Shown here piece by piece: positions 18,488 through 26,404 of a stretch of DNA of 64,000 nucleotides. The notes below the pieces were generated by a model. It worked only from the letters and a program-made list of their open reading frames with translations, did no database searches and was not told the DNA's origin. The stretch comes from a virus: IMG/VR virus record IMGVR_UViG_3300047310_000412, positions 19,953 through 83,952 of that record; one strand, 5' to 3'. Positions within the stretch are counted from its first letter, which is position 1. Each line of letters opens with the position of its first letter. A program made the translations under genes and the position numbers.

Positions 18488-18796
18488 ATGGCAAAATATC
18501 GCATTTACTACATGCGCCCCGAATGGTTCCGCAACGGCATCTGCAACCAGAAGCCAGTGATCGCCGAACTCGAGAAGACGCACGTCTTTCTGTGCGAGAC
18601 CGAGGCCCGCGATCTGGACCACGTCTTTTACAACATGCAAGGCGAGATTTGGTCGCCCAACGGCGAAGCCCGCGAACTGATCCAGAGCAAGGGCTTGCGG
18701 CACACCAGCATGTCGGTAGGCGACGTAATCGAACTCGACGGAAGCTACTGGCTGGTATCGAGTTCCGGATTTGAGGACTTGACATATGCAGCTTAA
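18488..18796 (+). CDS. YodL-like domain protein
   Basis: LDHVFYNM...HTSMSVGDVIELDG...VSSSGF. Confidence 0.65.
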   Translation: MAKYRIYYMRPEWFRNGICNQKPVIAELEKTHVFLCETEARDLDHVFYNMQGEIWSPNGEARELIQSKGLRHTSMSVGDVIELDGSYWLVSSSGFEDLTYAA

Positions 18797-18806
18797 AGCC
18801 CTATAT
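18778..18806 (+). promoter_or_regulatory. sigma70-type promoter overlapping the 3' end of the upstream gene
   Basis: CTTGAC-N17-CTATAT. Confidence 0.8.
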
Positions 18807-18829
18807 GTAATGAAGAAAGGAGACCGACC

Positions 18830-19297
18830 ATGACGTTGTTCATCGATCTAGATGGCGTCTTGGCCGATATGGACTCGGCCTACGAGGCCCTCACTGGAAT
18901 ACGGCTCGACAAGCTGATCGACAATGTGGACTGGGCAGCGGTCGCCGCTGAACCCGACTTCTACGCCAATCTGTCGCCCATGCCGGATATGGAAGCCCTT
19001 TGGGCCTACGCTTCGACGTGGCCCGACGTGGTGGTACTGACCGGTGTGCCAAAGGCCGTGCCTGCCTCGACAGCGGATAAGCGGGCGTGGGTCACCAAGC
19101 ATCTCGGGGCGCACGTGCGGATGATCGCCTGTGCCTCCAAGGACAAGAGCCGGTACGCCAAGGCTGGCGACATCTTGGTGGATGATTGGACGCGGTATCG
19201 GTCGCACTGGCTGAAGATTGGCGGCATCTGGATCACACACACTAGCGCTGCTTCCTCGATCGCCGCACTAAAGGAGCTAGCATGGGCAACGCTCTAA
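18830..19297 (+). CDS. HAD-family 5'(3')-deoxyribonucleotidase (NT5C-like)
   Basis: LFIDLDGVLAD, VLTG, KRAWV, ILVDD. Confidence 0.85.
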   Translation: MTLFIDLDGVLADMDSAYEALTGIRLDKLIDNVDWAAVAAEPDFYANLSPMPDMEALWAYASTWPDVVVLTGVPKAVPASTADKRAWVTKHLGAHVRMIACASKDKSRYAKAGDILVDDWTRYRSHWLKIGGIWITHTSAASSIAALKELAWATL

Positions 19298-19497
19298 GCT
19301 ACCACCCGAACAGCCAGAAGCTGATCCAGGTTAAACGGAACGGCGTGCATCTGTGCTGGATCGATCGGTCCTATGTGCGGCCGGCCACGGGCTTGAACCG
19401 GCCACGGTCCGTTAAATGGGAAACGCTGGTCAACGGCGTCACCATGCGGGCGCGGAGCCTCAGCGCCTTAAAGGCGAAACTGGGAGATTTGCCATGA
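19282..19497 (+). CDS. hypothetical protein
   Basis: AAGGAG RBS. Confidence 0.55.
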   Translation: MGNALSYHPNSQKLIQVKRNGVHLCWIDRSYVRPATGLNRPRSVKWETLVNGVTMRARSLSALKAKLGDLP

Positions 19498-19646
19498 AAA
19501 AGCTGCTGTGCCAGTGGTTCCTGCTGTGCCGCAACGTCGCTACCACGACGCTGATGCATCCGGTGCTGGGCCGCGTGAAAGTCTGCGAGCGCTGCGCCAA
19601 GAAGACGGCGCGGCTCGAAGCAGCGGCAGAACGGCGGGCGGCATGA
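19494..19646 (+). CDS. small Cys-containing protein
   Basis: ATGA-coupled; CQWFLLC...CERC. Confidence 0.5.
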   Translation: MKKLLCQWFLLCRNVATTTLMHPVLGRVKVCERCAKKTARLEAAAERRAA

Positions 19647-19843
19647 CCGATCGCGCCGACTACCGCGAAAGCTACATCGTCATCTGCCGCGACGACGGCA
19701 CCGAGGATTGTCCCGGTGCCTACGTCCTGGCAACGCGGCGCGTCTTTGCCGATCTGGCCACGGCCGAACACTACGCCAGCGGCGTCGCCGCTGGCCGCAC
19801 GCCGATCGTGGTCGCCGGTCGCTGGCACCAACTGAGGTTCTGA
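19643..19843 (+). CDS. hypothetical protein
   Basis: ATGA-coupled. Confidence 0.55.
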   Translation: MTDRADYRESYIVICRDDGTEDCPGAYVLATRRVFADLATAEHYASGVAAGRTPIVVAGRWHQLRF

Positions 19844-19844
19844 C

Positions 19845-19882
19845 TGTAAGATTTCCTGACGAGACTGTCAGATAATCTTACA
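19845..19882. promoter_or_regulatory. twin enhancer (bEBP/PrsR-like) binding sites
   Basis: TGTAAGATTTCCTGACG (19845-61) and TGTCAGATAATCTTACA (19866-82): TGT-N11-AC(A/G); the two are inverted copies of each other. Confidence 0.65.
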
Positions 19883-19932
19883 GTTTACAGGGAGATATCA
19901 GCGGGAAGCGTTGAAATCCCTAGATTATTGGC

Positions 19933-19949
19933 TTGGCCCGCTGCATGCA
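19933..19949 (+). promoter_or_regulatory. sigma-54 (RpoN) -24/-12 promoter
   Basis: TTGGCCCGCTGCATGCA with GG-N10-GC spacing, about 50 nt upstream of the first PEP-CTERM gene. Confidence 0.65.
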
Positions 19950-20000
19950 TACCTCTCTCGATGTCTGGACATCCAGGCATCTCATGCATGAGAGGAAACC

Positions 20001-20750
20001 ATGATTAAGTATCTAACGCTTGCCGGGGCCTTGCTAGCCTCGACCGCGTTGACCCTACCGGCCAACGCGACATTGCAAATCTCTGCCGACATCAACGGCA
20101 CGAGCTTTACCTGCGCCGACCAAGCCGCTTGCGACACCAACAACGCTGTCGGGCAGTTGCAGATCGCCAATCAGACGATTGCCGGTGTGCAGTTCCTCGG
20201 CTCGGCACAGACGCAGGTGATCGGCCCGTCGAACTCGCTGAACACGTCGTCGTTTCAGGTGATCAACAACAACACGGGCACGGTCTCGATCCAGCTTGCC
20301 GTGAGCGGGACCAGTTTCCTTGGTCCGGTGACGGCGTTCACCGCGAGCGGTGCCGGGACGTTCCAATCCGGTATCGGCTCCAGCGTCACCGAGACATTCT
20401 TTGGTGATGCAACGAACACGCAAGGCGCGGACACCCCGACCGATCTGCCGGGTTCCTTGCTCGCGACCTTGACGCACGCCGCCGTGGTCGATCCTGACTC
20501 GTTCTCGCAGAACTTCTCAGGTGTGTTCGACAGCACCGGTCCCTACTCCCTGTCGGAGGGGACGACCGGTACGCTGATCGCTGGTGCGTCGCTGGTTGGG
20601 CGCACGCAGTCCATCGTTACCACGCAAGCCGTGCCGGAACCGGCGTCGTTGGCAATCTTCGGCTCCGCGCTGCTCGGTATGGGCGTCGTGGGCCGTCTGC
20701 GCCGTCGCAAGAATGGCAAGACCGATCTAAGCGGCACGTCCGCCGCTTAG
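20001..20750 (+). CDS. PEP-CTERM sorting-domain secreted protein
   Basis: Signal peptide (...LPANA); Ser/Thr/Gly-rich body; C-terminal VPEPASLAIFGSALLGMGVVGRLRRRK. Confidence 0.92.
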   Translation: MIKYLTLAGALLASTALTLPANATLQISADINGTSFTCADQAACDTNNAVGQLQIANQTIAGVQFLGSAQTQVIGPSNSLNTSSFQVINNNTGTVSIQLAVSGTSFLGPVTAFTASGAGTFQSGIGSSVTETFFGDATNTQGADTPTDLPGSLLATLTHAAVVDPDSFSQNFSGVFDSTGPYSLSEGTTGTLIAGASLVGRTQSIVTTQAVPEPASLAIFGSALLGMGVVGRLRRRKNGKTDLSGTSAA

Positions 20751-20809
20751 TACAACCGGGGGCGGGGGCAATCTCCCGTCCCCTTTTATGGGGACAAGGA
20801 AAAGGGAAC

Positions 20810-21568
20810 ATGAAGAAATTTACGTTACTGATGGCAGGCGCTGCGGCGGGGGCCTTACTAGCCTTTGCCCCTGCGACTGCCGACGCGGCGGTACTGCTTT
20901 CACTCAGTGACGCGCTCGGCAACTGCGGCGGGGCCTGTCAAGGCCTCACCTATACGCTGGAAGAGGAAATTCCAAATCCTCTCCAGCCGCTGACCGCTGA
21001 ATTTGCCCTGCTGATCACCGGGGAAAATTCAGGCACCGACACGATCGGCGGACGCACTGGCATCAACGCCATTTCGTTCAACACGGTGTCGAATAACAAC
21101 CCGGCTTCGGGCGCGTTCGTGGGGACGCTCATCAACGGCGTCACCACGCTCGGCACGGCTGGGTTCCTCTTCAAGCCGGGCGGGCTGTCGTCATCGGGCT
21201 GCGATGGGAACGGTGGTTTCTACTGCTTCGACAACACCGCCATCCCGCCGATCCCGGCGTCGCCGCTGATCACCGGGCCGGTTGTCCTCGCGTTTGAGGC
21301 AACGCTGGACGCCGGTAGTTCATGGACCGACTACACCACGGCACTGAAGATCGATTGGGTTGGTCCAAATCAGAACAACTACAGTCTGGTGTCGAAGGAT
21401 ATCCCGGTCAACAGCAACGACTGCCCGGACTGCGTGATCAATCCGACCGGTGTCCCAGTTCCGGAACCCGGCTCGCTCGCTATCTTTGGCGCGGCGCTGC
21501 TCGGCTTCGGTGCGGTCGGCTGGTATCGCCGCCGCAAGGACAGCGGCATCGACGGCGCTGCTGCATAA
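20810..21568 (+). CDS. PEP-CTERM sorting-domain secreted protein
   Basis: Signal peptide (...TADA); C-terminal VPEPGSLAIFGAALLGFGAVGWYRRRK. Confidence 0.92.
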   Translation: MKKFTLLMAGAAAGALLAFAPATADAAVLLSLSDALGNCGGACQGLTYTLEEEIPNPLQPLTAEFALLITGENSGTDTIGGRTGINAISFNTVSNNNPASGAFVGTLINGVTTLGTAGFLFKPGGLSSSGCDGNGGFYCFDNTAIPPIPASPLITGPVVLAFEATLDAGSSWTDYTTALKIDWVGPNQNNYSLVSKDIPVNSNDCPDCVINPTGVPVPEPGSLAIFGAALLGFGAVGWYRRRKDSGIDGAAA

Positions 21569-21587
21569 AGCACCTTCTGCGAACTCC

Positions 21588-21617
21588 AAAGAGCGGCCTC
21601 GGGCCGCTCTTTTTTTT
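21588..21617 (+). terminator. rho-independent terminator closing the PEP-CTERM module
   Basis: AAAGAGCGGCC-TCG-GGCCGCTCTTT plus T run. Confidence 0.85.
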
Positions 21618-21637
21618 AACTCTTTTGCCGACACCGA

Positions 21638-21682
21638 CTTGACATATAGCGGTATCTCCCCTATATATAAAGCGAAGGGAGA
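21638..21682 (+). promoter_or_regulatory. sigma70-type promoter + RBS
   Basis: CTTGAC-N17-CTATAT. Confidence 0.8.
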
Positions 21683-21685
21683 CCG

Positions 21686-21886
21686 GTGATGTTTTTAGAA
21701 CCCTCTGAGATGAATGTCGAAATGGCCATGGAATGGGTAATGGCTGGTCTCGGCAAGCTCTACAGCAACGAGCGGGCCGCGAAATTCGCGGAGAAGTTCG
21801 AAGCCTGGGCCTACAAGGCCGAGGCCGAGAAGGCAGGCTGGAAATTCCCCGCCGCCCCCAGCGCCGCCCCTTGGGCGCTGGCCTGA
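21686..21886 (+). CDS. hypothetical protein
   Basis: Directly after the promoter/RBS. Confidence 0.6.
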   Translation: MMFLEPSEMNVEMAMEWVMAGLGKLYSNERAAKFAEKFEAWAYKAEAEKAGWKFPAAPSAAPWALA

Positions 21887-21904
21887 CCGAGAGGAGAGAC
21901 TGCC

Positions 21905-22096
21905 ATGAAGCTCAATTACAAAAAGATCACCGCCGCCGCCGTCAAGGCCATGAAGGGCCTAGCAAGCCCTGGCTGGTGCGTGAAATGCGGCAAGGAACAC
22001 AAGGGCATCGAGCCTGACGCGCGGAAATATCCCTGCGCGAAATGCGGTTCCGCCAGCGTCTACGGCGCTGAGGAACTGGTTTTGATGCTGTCCTAG
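21905..22096 (+). CDS. small Zn-ribbon protein
   Basis: GWCVKCG...EPDARKYPCAKCG...VYGAEE. Confidence 0.7.
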   Translation: MKLNYKKITAAAVKAMKGLASPGWCVKCGKEHKGIEPDARKYPCAKCGSASVYGAEELVLMLS

Positions 22097-22272
22097 CCGA
22101 TCACAGAGGAGATTGCCATGACCAAATTTATCGAGTTGGTAACAGCGTACTCCCGGCTAACCGCTGCTGAGTTGGAGTCCTATCTCGAATTACGGCATCT
22201 ATTGGAAACCGAGCAGGTTCGGGCAATACTCTTTATTAAGTCGCGGAACATCAGCGTGGAGAGGAAGACACC

Positions 22273-22662
22273 ATGACCAAATATCTCGAAGCTACCGATC
22301 CCGGTGCGTTCACCGATCGGGCACGGAAGAGCGCCCAGCCGGGCTACGGCTACACCGCACGGTGTCCGCTGTGCCGGGGCTACGGTGGCTGGAACCTAAA
22401 GCTAAACGCCTATCGGCTCCCGGCCGGTCAGCGGAACACCAAGGCCAATCGGGCGGCGTACTGCCATTTCTCCTGCTGCTGCTCGCAGTGCAACGGCTGG
22501 GGCTGGGTCCATCCATCAAACGTCGCGTGCGTCCATGAATGGCAGGAAGTCTCCGCTGCCAAGGCGGCAGAACTGGGCGTCCCGCATTTCGGCAACTGCT
22601 ACCACGTCTACGTCTGCACCAAGGGCTGCGGGCGGACGCGGGCGACCGACAGTAGCGGTTAG
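22273..22662 (+). CDS. Cys-rich hypothetical protein
   Basis: CPLCRGYG, CSQCNGWG, CTKGC. Confidence 0.65.
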   Translation: MTKYLEATDPGAFTDRARKSAQPGYGYTARCPLCRGYGGWNLKLNAYRLPAGQRNTKANRAAYCHFSCCCSQCNGWGWVHPSNVACVHEWQEVSAAKAAELGVPHFGNCYHVYVCTKGCGRTRATDSSG

Positions 22663-22715
22663 GAGCGCGAAAAGAAGCGCGCGAAACGCGCGGCCCGCGC
22701 AAACCGCGCGAACCC

Positions 22716-22743
22716 AAAGAGAGGCTGAGGCCTCTCTTTTTTT
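22716..22743 (+). terminator. rho-independent terminator
   Basis: AAAGAGAGGC-TGAG-GCCTCTCTTT plus T run. Confidence 0.8.
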
Positions 22744-22764
22744 GCCCGAAGAGTTATTTCCCCT

Positions 22765-22837
22765 GTTGACATCTGGCGCGATATCCCCCATATGTAACGT
22801 GGAACACGGGAAATCGTTTCCGGTTCCAACAAGGGAG
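22765..22837 (+). promoter_or_regulatory. promoter + stem-loop + RBS cassette (copy 3)
   Basis: GTTGAC-N17-CCATAT; GGAACACGGGAAA-TCG-TTTCCGGTTCC; AAGGGAG. Confidence 0.8.
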
Positions 22838-22844
22838 AACCCCG

Positions 22845-23618
22845 ATGTTCGCATCTGCAAAAACGGTGACGCTTGTCACCAAATCCCCAGCGAAAGGCAA
22901 GCCGTCCAAGCCCGTCGATCTGATCGAGGGCTGGGAAGAGCTATGCGCGCTCGACGCGGTATCCAAGGCGCTCGCCGGTCTGGTCACGATCAAGAAACAG
23001 GCGATCGAGGAGGGGCCGGTCACCGAGTTATTGGTGTCACGGGGCCTTGCGACCGGGCGGAAGCCCGAGAGCTTGTCGCCGGTCGAGGGCGAGGGCAAAG
23101 GCTCGGCCTACATCGCTAAGCGGTCCACGCGGTCCGCGCTGAGCGAGGAGGAGCTAGAGCTTCTCACCGAGACTGTCGGTGAGGAGGCGCTCGGCAGCTA
23201 CACCGAGACTGTCGAGGCTCTGCCAGCGCTGCTGGCGGTCAATCCGGCCTATGCCAACGACGAGGCGTTGCTCCGGAAGATCGACAAGGCGCTCAGCGGC
23301 ATCAAGGGCATCCCCGAGGATTTCATCGTCCAGCAGGAGGCGGTCTCCAAGACGGTGGTCAGCGACGAGGCGACCAACGCCATGTTCAAGCTGACGCCCG
23401 AAAAGCTCGACGCGGTGTTCTCGATCCTCGCCGGGATCAGCATGCGGCCGGTCTATGGTGCCGGTCTCGAAAAGGCTTGGGAGGCCATCCGGCCGCTCAT
23501 CCCCGAGGCCGAGGCGATGCCCGAGAAGCCCAAGAGCCGGAAGGTAGCACCGCCCACGCCAGTCGCGCGGTCGAGCGCCGAATTGAAGGAGCAGTTCCGG
23601 AAATCGGCCACGAAATAG
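22845..23618 (+). CDS. hypothetical protein
   Basis: 257 aa, directly after the cassette. Confidence 0.75.
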   Translation: MFASAKTVTLVTKSPAKGKPSKPVDLIEGWEELCALDAVSKALAGLVTIKKQAIEEGPVTELLVSRGLATGRKPESLSPVEGEGKGSAYIAKRSTRSALSEEELELLTETVGEEALGSYTETVEALPALLAVNPAYANDEALLRKIDKALSGIKGIPEDFIVQQEAVSKTVVSDEATNAMFKLTPEKLDAVFSILAGISMRPVYGAGLEKAWEAIRPLIPEAEAMPEKPKSRKVAPPTPVARSSAELKEQFRKSATK

Positions 23619-23627
23619 GAGGAACCG

Positions 23628-23942
23628 ATGACAACGACCAATCTGAAAATCCGATTTAACGAACTGATCCTGGCCGATTACATCTACATGCTCGATCGCT
23701 ACCGGCTCAATTCGGCGGGCACCAGAAGGCTGCTGGGCAACCATGCTTCGCCACTGGAAATGGTCAAGGCCCTGCTGCGAACCCGGCACGTGCAGATCGG
23801 CTTCTACGACTGCTATCGCCTGGGCGAGGGCGAGCGGACATTCGAGCGGCGGGCGCTCCAGCCGGAATTTAGCGAACTGTTCACCAATGTCGAATTGAGC
23901 GAGGCCCAGCGTCGCGTCAACGCCATGGCGGCAATGGCCTGA
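23628..23942 (+). CDS. hypothetical protein
   Basis: AGGAGG RBS. Confidence 0.65.
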   Translation: MTTTNLKIRFNELILADYIYMLDRYRLNSAGTRRLLGNHASPLEMVKALLRTRHVQIGFYDCYRLGEGERTFERRALQPEFSELFTNVELSEAQRRVNAMAAMA

Positions 23943-24099
23943 GGAGCTACCAGTATCCCAGGCGTTCGCGCCGGGACGCGGCAAGTCGGCGGAGTGCCGC
24001 GCTCAGTAACCCCCGACAGCGGGCGGCGGTGTCATCGGCCGCGCGGCTCAGCACCACGGTCAGCGAGGGGTCCTCCTCCCCTGTGGCTGGCAAGAAGGG

Positions 24100-24133
24100 A
24101 AGGGAGCGGCAGTCCAGTGCCGCTCCCTTTTTT
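24100..24133 (+). terminator. rho-independent terminator
   Basis: AAGGGAGCGGCA-GTCCAG-TGCCGCTCCCTT plus T run. Confidence 0.85.
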
Positions 24134-24144
24134 GCGCCGTCATA

Positions 24145-24173
24145 CTTGACATATTCGCAGATATGCCCTATAT
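24145..24173 (+). promoter_or_regulatory. sigma70-type promoter
   Basis: CTTGAC-N17-CTATAT. Confidence 0.85.
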
Positions 24174-24193
24174 GTAAAGCAAGGAGAAACGCG

Positions 24194-24829
24194 ATGAAAT
24201 ACGAGAGTTTCCGGTATCTCTGGCCTCCCCGGCCCGAAACCAAGATCGCCCCCACCGATTTGGGCGTGATCGAGAGCATGGGCTGGTGGGGACAGGCCAA
24301 GATGAACGGCACGTGCTGCACCATCTACGTGGACGGCTCTGGAGCCTCTGTAGCGATGGGAAGGCACGGCCCCGAGCATAAGCTCGACTGGCAACCCGGC
24401 AAGCCGTGGCAAGCCTTCGCGGCGTCGCTACCGGGCAAGGGCTACTACGTCTTTGTCGGCGAACTGCTGCATTCGAAAGGCGTCGGCGTCAAGGACACGA
24501 TCGTCCTCTTCGATCTGCTGGTCGAGGATGGCGACTATCTCGTCGGCAAGAGCTTGCGGGAGCGGTTTGCGCGGCTGGAGCGGCTGCTCAAGGCCTACAA
24601 CAGCGAGCCGCAGATCGCGATGACGCACCGGGAATATAACCAAGGCGTCTGGTTGGTCGAGAACCACGGGCGGGCCTTCCGGCTGTGGTTCGATGCCGAG
24701 GCCCCCGCCATGGTTGAGGGGCTGGTGTTCAAAAACCCGAACGCCCCGCTGCGGCTGTGCGCACGGGCGAAAGACAATTCCGGTTGGCAAGTTAAATGCC
24801 GGAAACCAAAGGCGAATGTGAGCTTCTGA
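24194..24829 (+). CDS. ATP-dependent ligase/nucleotidyltransferase, adenylation domain only
   Basis: Motif I QAKMNG, III FVGELL, IIIa VLFDLL, IV EGLVFK, V WQVKCRK; the protein ends just after motif V. Confidence 0.75.
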   Translation: MKYESFRYLWPPRPETKIAPTDLGVIESMGWWGQAKMNGTCCTIYVDGSGASVAMGRHGPEHKLDWQPGKPWQAFAASLPGKGYYVFVGELLHSKGVGVKDTIVLFDLLVEDGDYLVGKSLRERFARLERLLKAYNSEPQIAMTHREYNQGVWLVENHGRAFRLWFDAEAPAMVEGLVFKNPNAPLRLCARAKDNSGWQVKCRKPKANVSF

Positions 24830-24831
24830 GA

Positions 24832-24860
24832 CTTGACATATCGACCAATCCTCCCTATAT
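24832..24860 (+). promoter_or_regulatory. sigma70-type promoter
   Basis: CTTGAC-N17-CTATAT. Confidence 0.85.
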
Positions 24861-24886
24861 GTACTGTGTAAGGGATGGAGAGTTCG

Positions 24887-25051
24887 ATGTTCTTCCCGTT
24901 TTTCGTTTCCATGTTTTCCAGCTACGTCGCCAGCGTCCACGTGACCGTGTTCCACGCGGTCGAGTTGGCTGCTTTCGCGGCCCCGATGGTCATGACGTTC
25001 AAGACCATGATGAAGCCCGGCATCAACTATCCCATGCCAAAGCCCGCCTAG
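24887..25051 (+). CDS. small hydrophobic protein (54 aa)
   Basis: Manual translation MFFPFFVSMFSSYVASVHV...; GGAG RBS after the promoter. Confidence 0.45.
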   Translation: MFFPFFVSMFSSYVASVHVTVFHAVELAAFAAPMVMTFKTMMKPGINYPMPKPA

Positions 25052-25062
25052 AGGATCGTCCG

Positions 25063-25323
25063 ATGAAACTGACCAAGACCGAGAAAAAGATACTGGACCA
25101 CATGAACCGGCGGTACGGGCACTACGGAGCCACGGTTGCCAGCGGCACCGGTCCCGATGGCGGCAGGATCGTCAACGAGGGGCTGCGGGAGTTCAACGCG
25201 TGCAAGCGGCTCGTCGCGCGGGGGCTTGCCGAGCTTCGGGGGCCAACGCGGTTCTTCACCGTCATCCGGGCGGGCTACGGCGTGCATTGCACCGAGATTT
25301 CGATCCAGTTGCCGAGCGCTTGA
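25063..25323 (+). CDS. hypothetical protein
   Basis: GAGGA RBS; starts MKLTKTEKKILD. Confidence 0.6.
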   Translation: MKLTKTEKKILDHMNRRYGHYGATVASGTGPDGGRIVNEGLREFNACKRLVARGLAELRGPTRFFTVIRAGYGVHCTEISIQLPSA

Positions 25324-25621
25324 GATGGTTGTCTTCCTCCTCGCTTGCATTGTCGTGCTGCTGCTGCCGCGCGGGTTCTTCATCAACCTATTTGCCATTG
25401 CCGGGATTATCTATCTGCTGTTGCACTGGGGCGTCATCCACTAGGGGATTGCCATGGCTCTCATCCATCCCGCCGCGCTCAACATGGCGTTCACCACCAT
25501 CACCGAGGAGAAGCCGCAGCGCTGCCGCTGCTGGCTGGTCCTCGCGATCGTCCTCGCCGTCGTCCCGTATTTTATGCTGATGCGGACACTCGCTCATATG
25601 TATCGACCGTAGGAGACATCG

Positions 25622-25846
25622 ATGACACGCCGCTTTGCTCACTCGGCCCAACAACGCATGTACGATGCGATGCTGATCCACGGCAGCGCTGACCGAGTTA
25701 CCCCCGGCGGCGGCACCGCTGCCGCGTTCTATCGCGGTTACCACGGCATCCTCACACAAGCGAACACTTATGGCCGTACCACGCTCGCCTACGCGGCATG
25801 GGCGGCTGGTGTCGATCGCCGCCGCGCGGAGCAGCCGAATGTTTGA
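25622..25846 (+). CDS. hypothetical protein
   Basis: AGGAG RBS. Confidence 0.6.
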   Translation: MTRRFAHSAQQRMYDAMLIHGSADRVTPGGGTAAAFYRGYHGILTQANTYGRTTLAYAAWAAGVDRRRAEQPNV

Positions 25847-26189
25847 TCTGAAACGCCCCTGCGTTAACTGCCCGTTTCGGATCGGGCAAGGCAGTCGGTT
25901 CCAGATGATGCCAGAGCGGCTTACCGAGATTTTTACGCGGGCACCGGCATTCCAATGTCATAAAACTCTGCTGTACGACGACGACGGGCAACCGATGGTC
26001 AACGGACCAAAGACCCAGCAATGCGTTGGGCTGATGGCGATCCTCCACCGCGAGGATCGCGCCAACCAGATCATGCAAGTGGCCGAGCGGTTTGGTGAAC
26101 TCGATCCGGCCAGCCTCGATCCCGAGAACGAAGCCTACGCCTCGATCACCGAGGCCATGGCAGCACATGATGGAAAGGAACCGACATAA
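25839..26189 (+). CDS. Cys-motif hypothetical phage protein
   Basis: KRPCVNCPFR...FQCHKT...QQCVG. Confidence 0.65.
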   Translation: MFDLKRPCVNCPFRIGQGSRFQMMPERLTEIFTRAPAFQCHKTLLYDDDGQPMVNGPKTQQCVGLMAILHREDRANQIMQVAERFGELDPASLDPENEAYASITEAMAAHDGKEPT

Positions 26190-26404
26190 TGGCCGCGTCC
26201 GATCGCACCGTGCAGGAAGTAGCAAAAGTTATCCTGCGTCATATCAGTTCTCAGGCCGCGCGAGGGATCGTCGCCGATCTGCGCACCGTCGAGGGCAACC
26301 AGAGCTTCCGCGAGACCATCGCCAAGCTCGCTGACGAACTCGACGCGCAGAACAGCGGTCTCGACCGCGCCTACATGCATCCCTGGACCAAGCCGTTGGA
26401 TTGA
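26189..26404 (+). CDS. hypothetical protein
   Basis: TAATG-coupled. Confidence 0.55.
   Translation: MAASDRTVQEVAKVILRHISSQAARGIVADLRTVEGNQSFRETIAKLADELDAQNSGLDRAYMHPWTKPLD

Noticed and set aside
22665-22713. Short GCGCG(A)AA repeats before a terminator
   Set aside because: Too short and degenerate to support a function.
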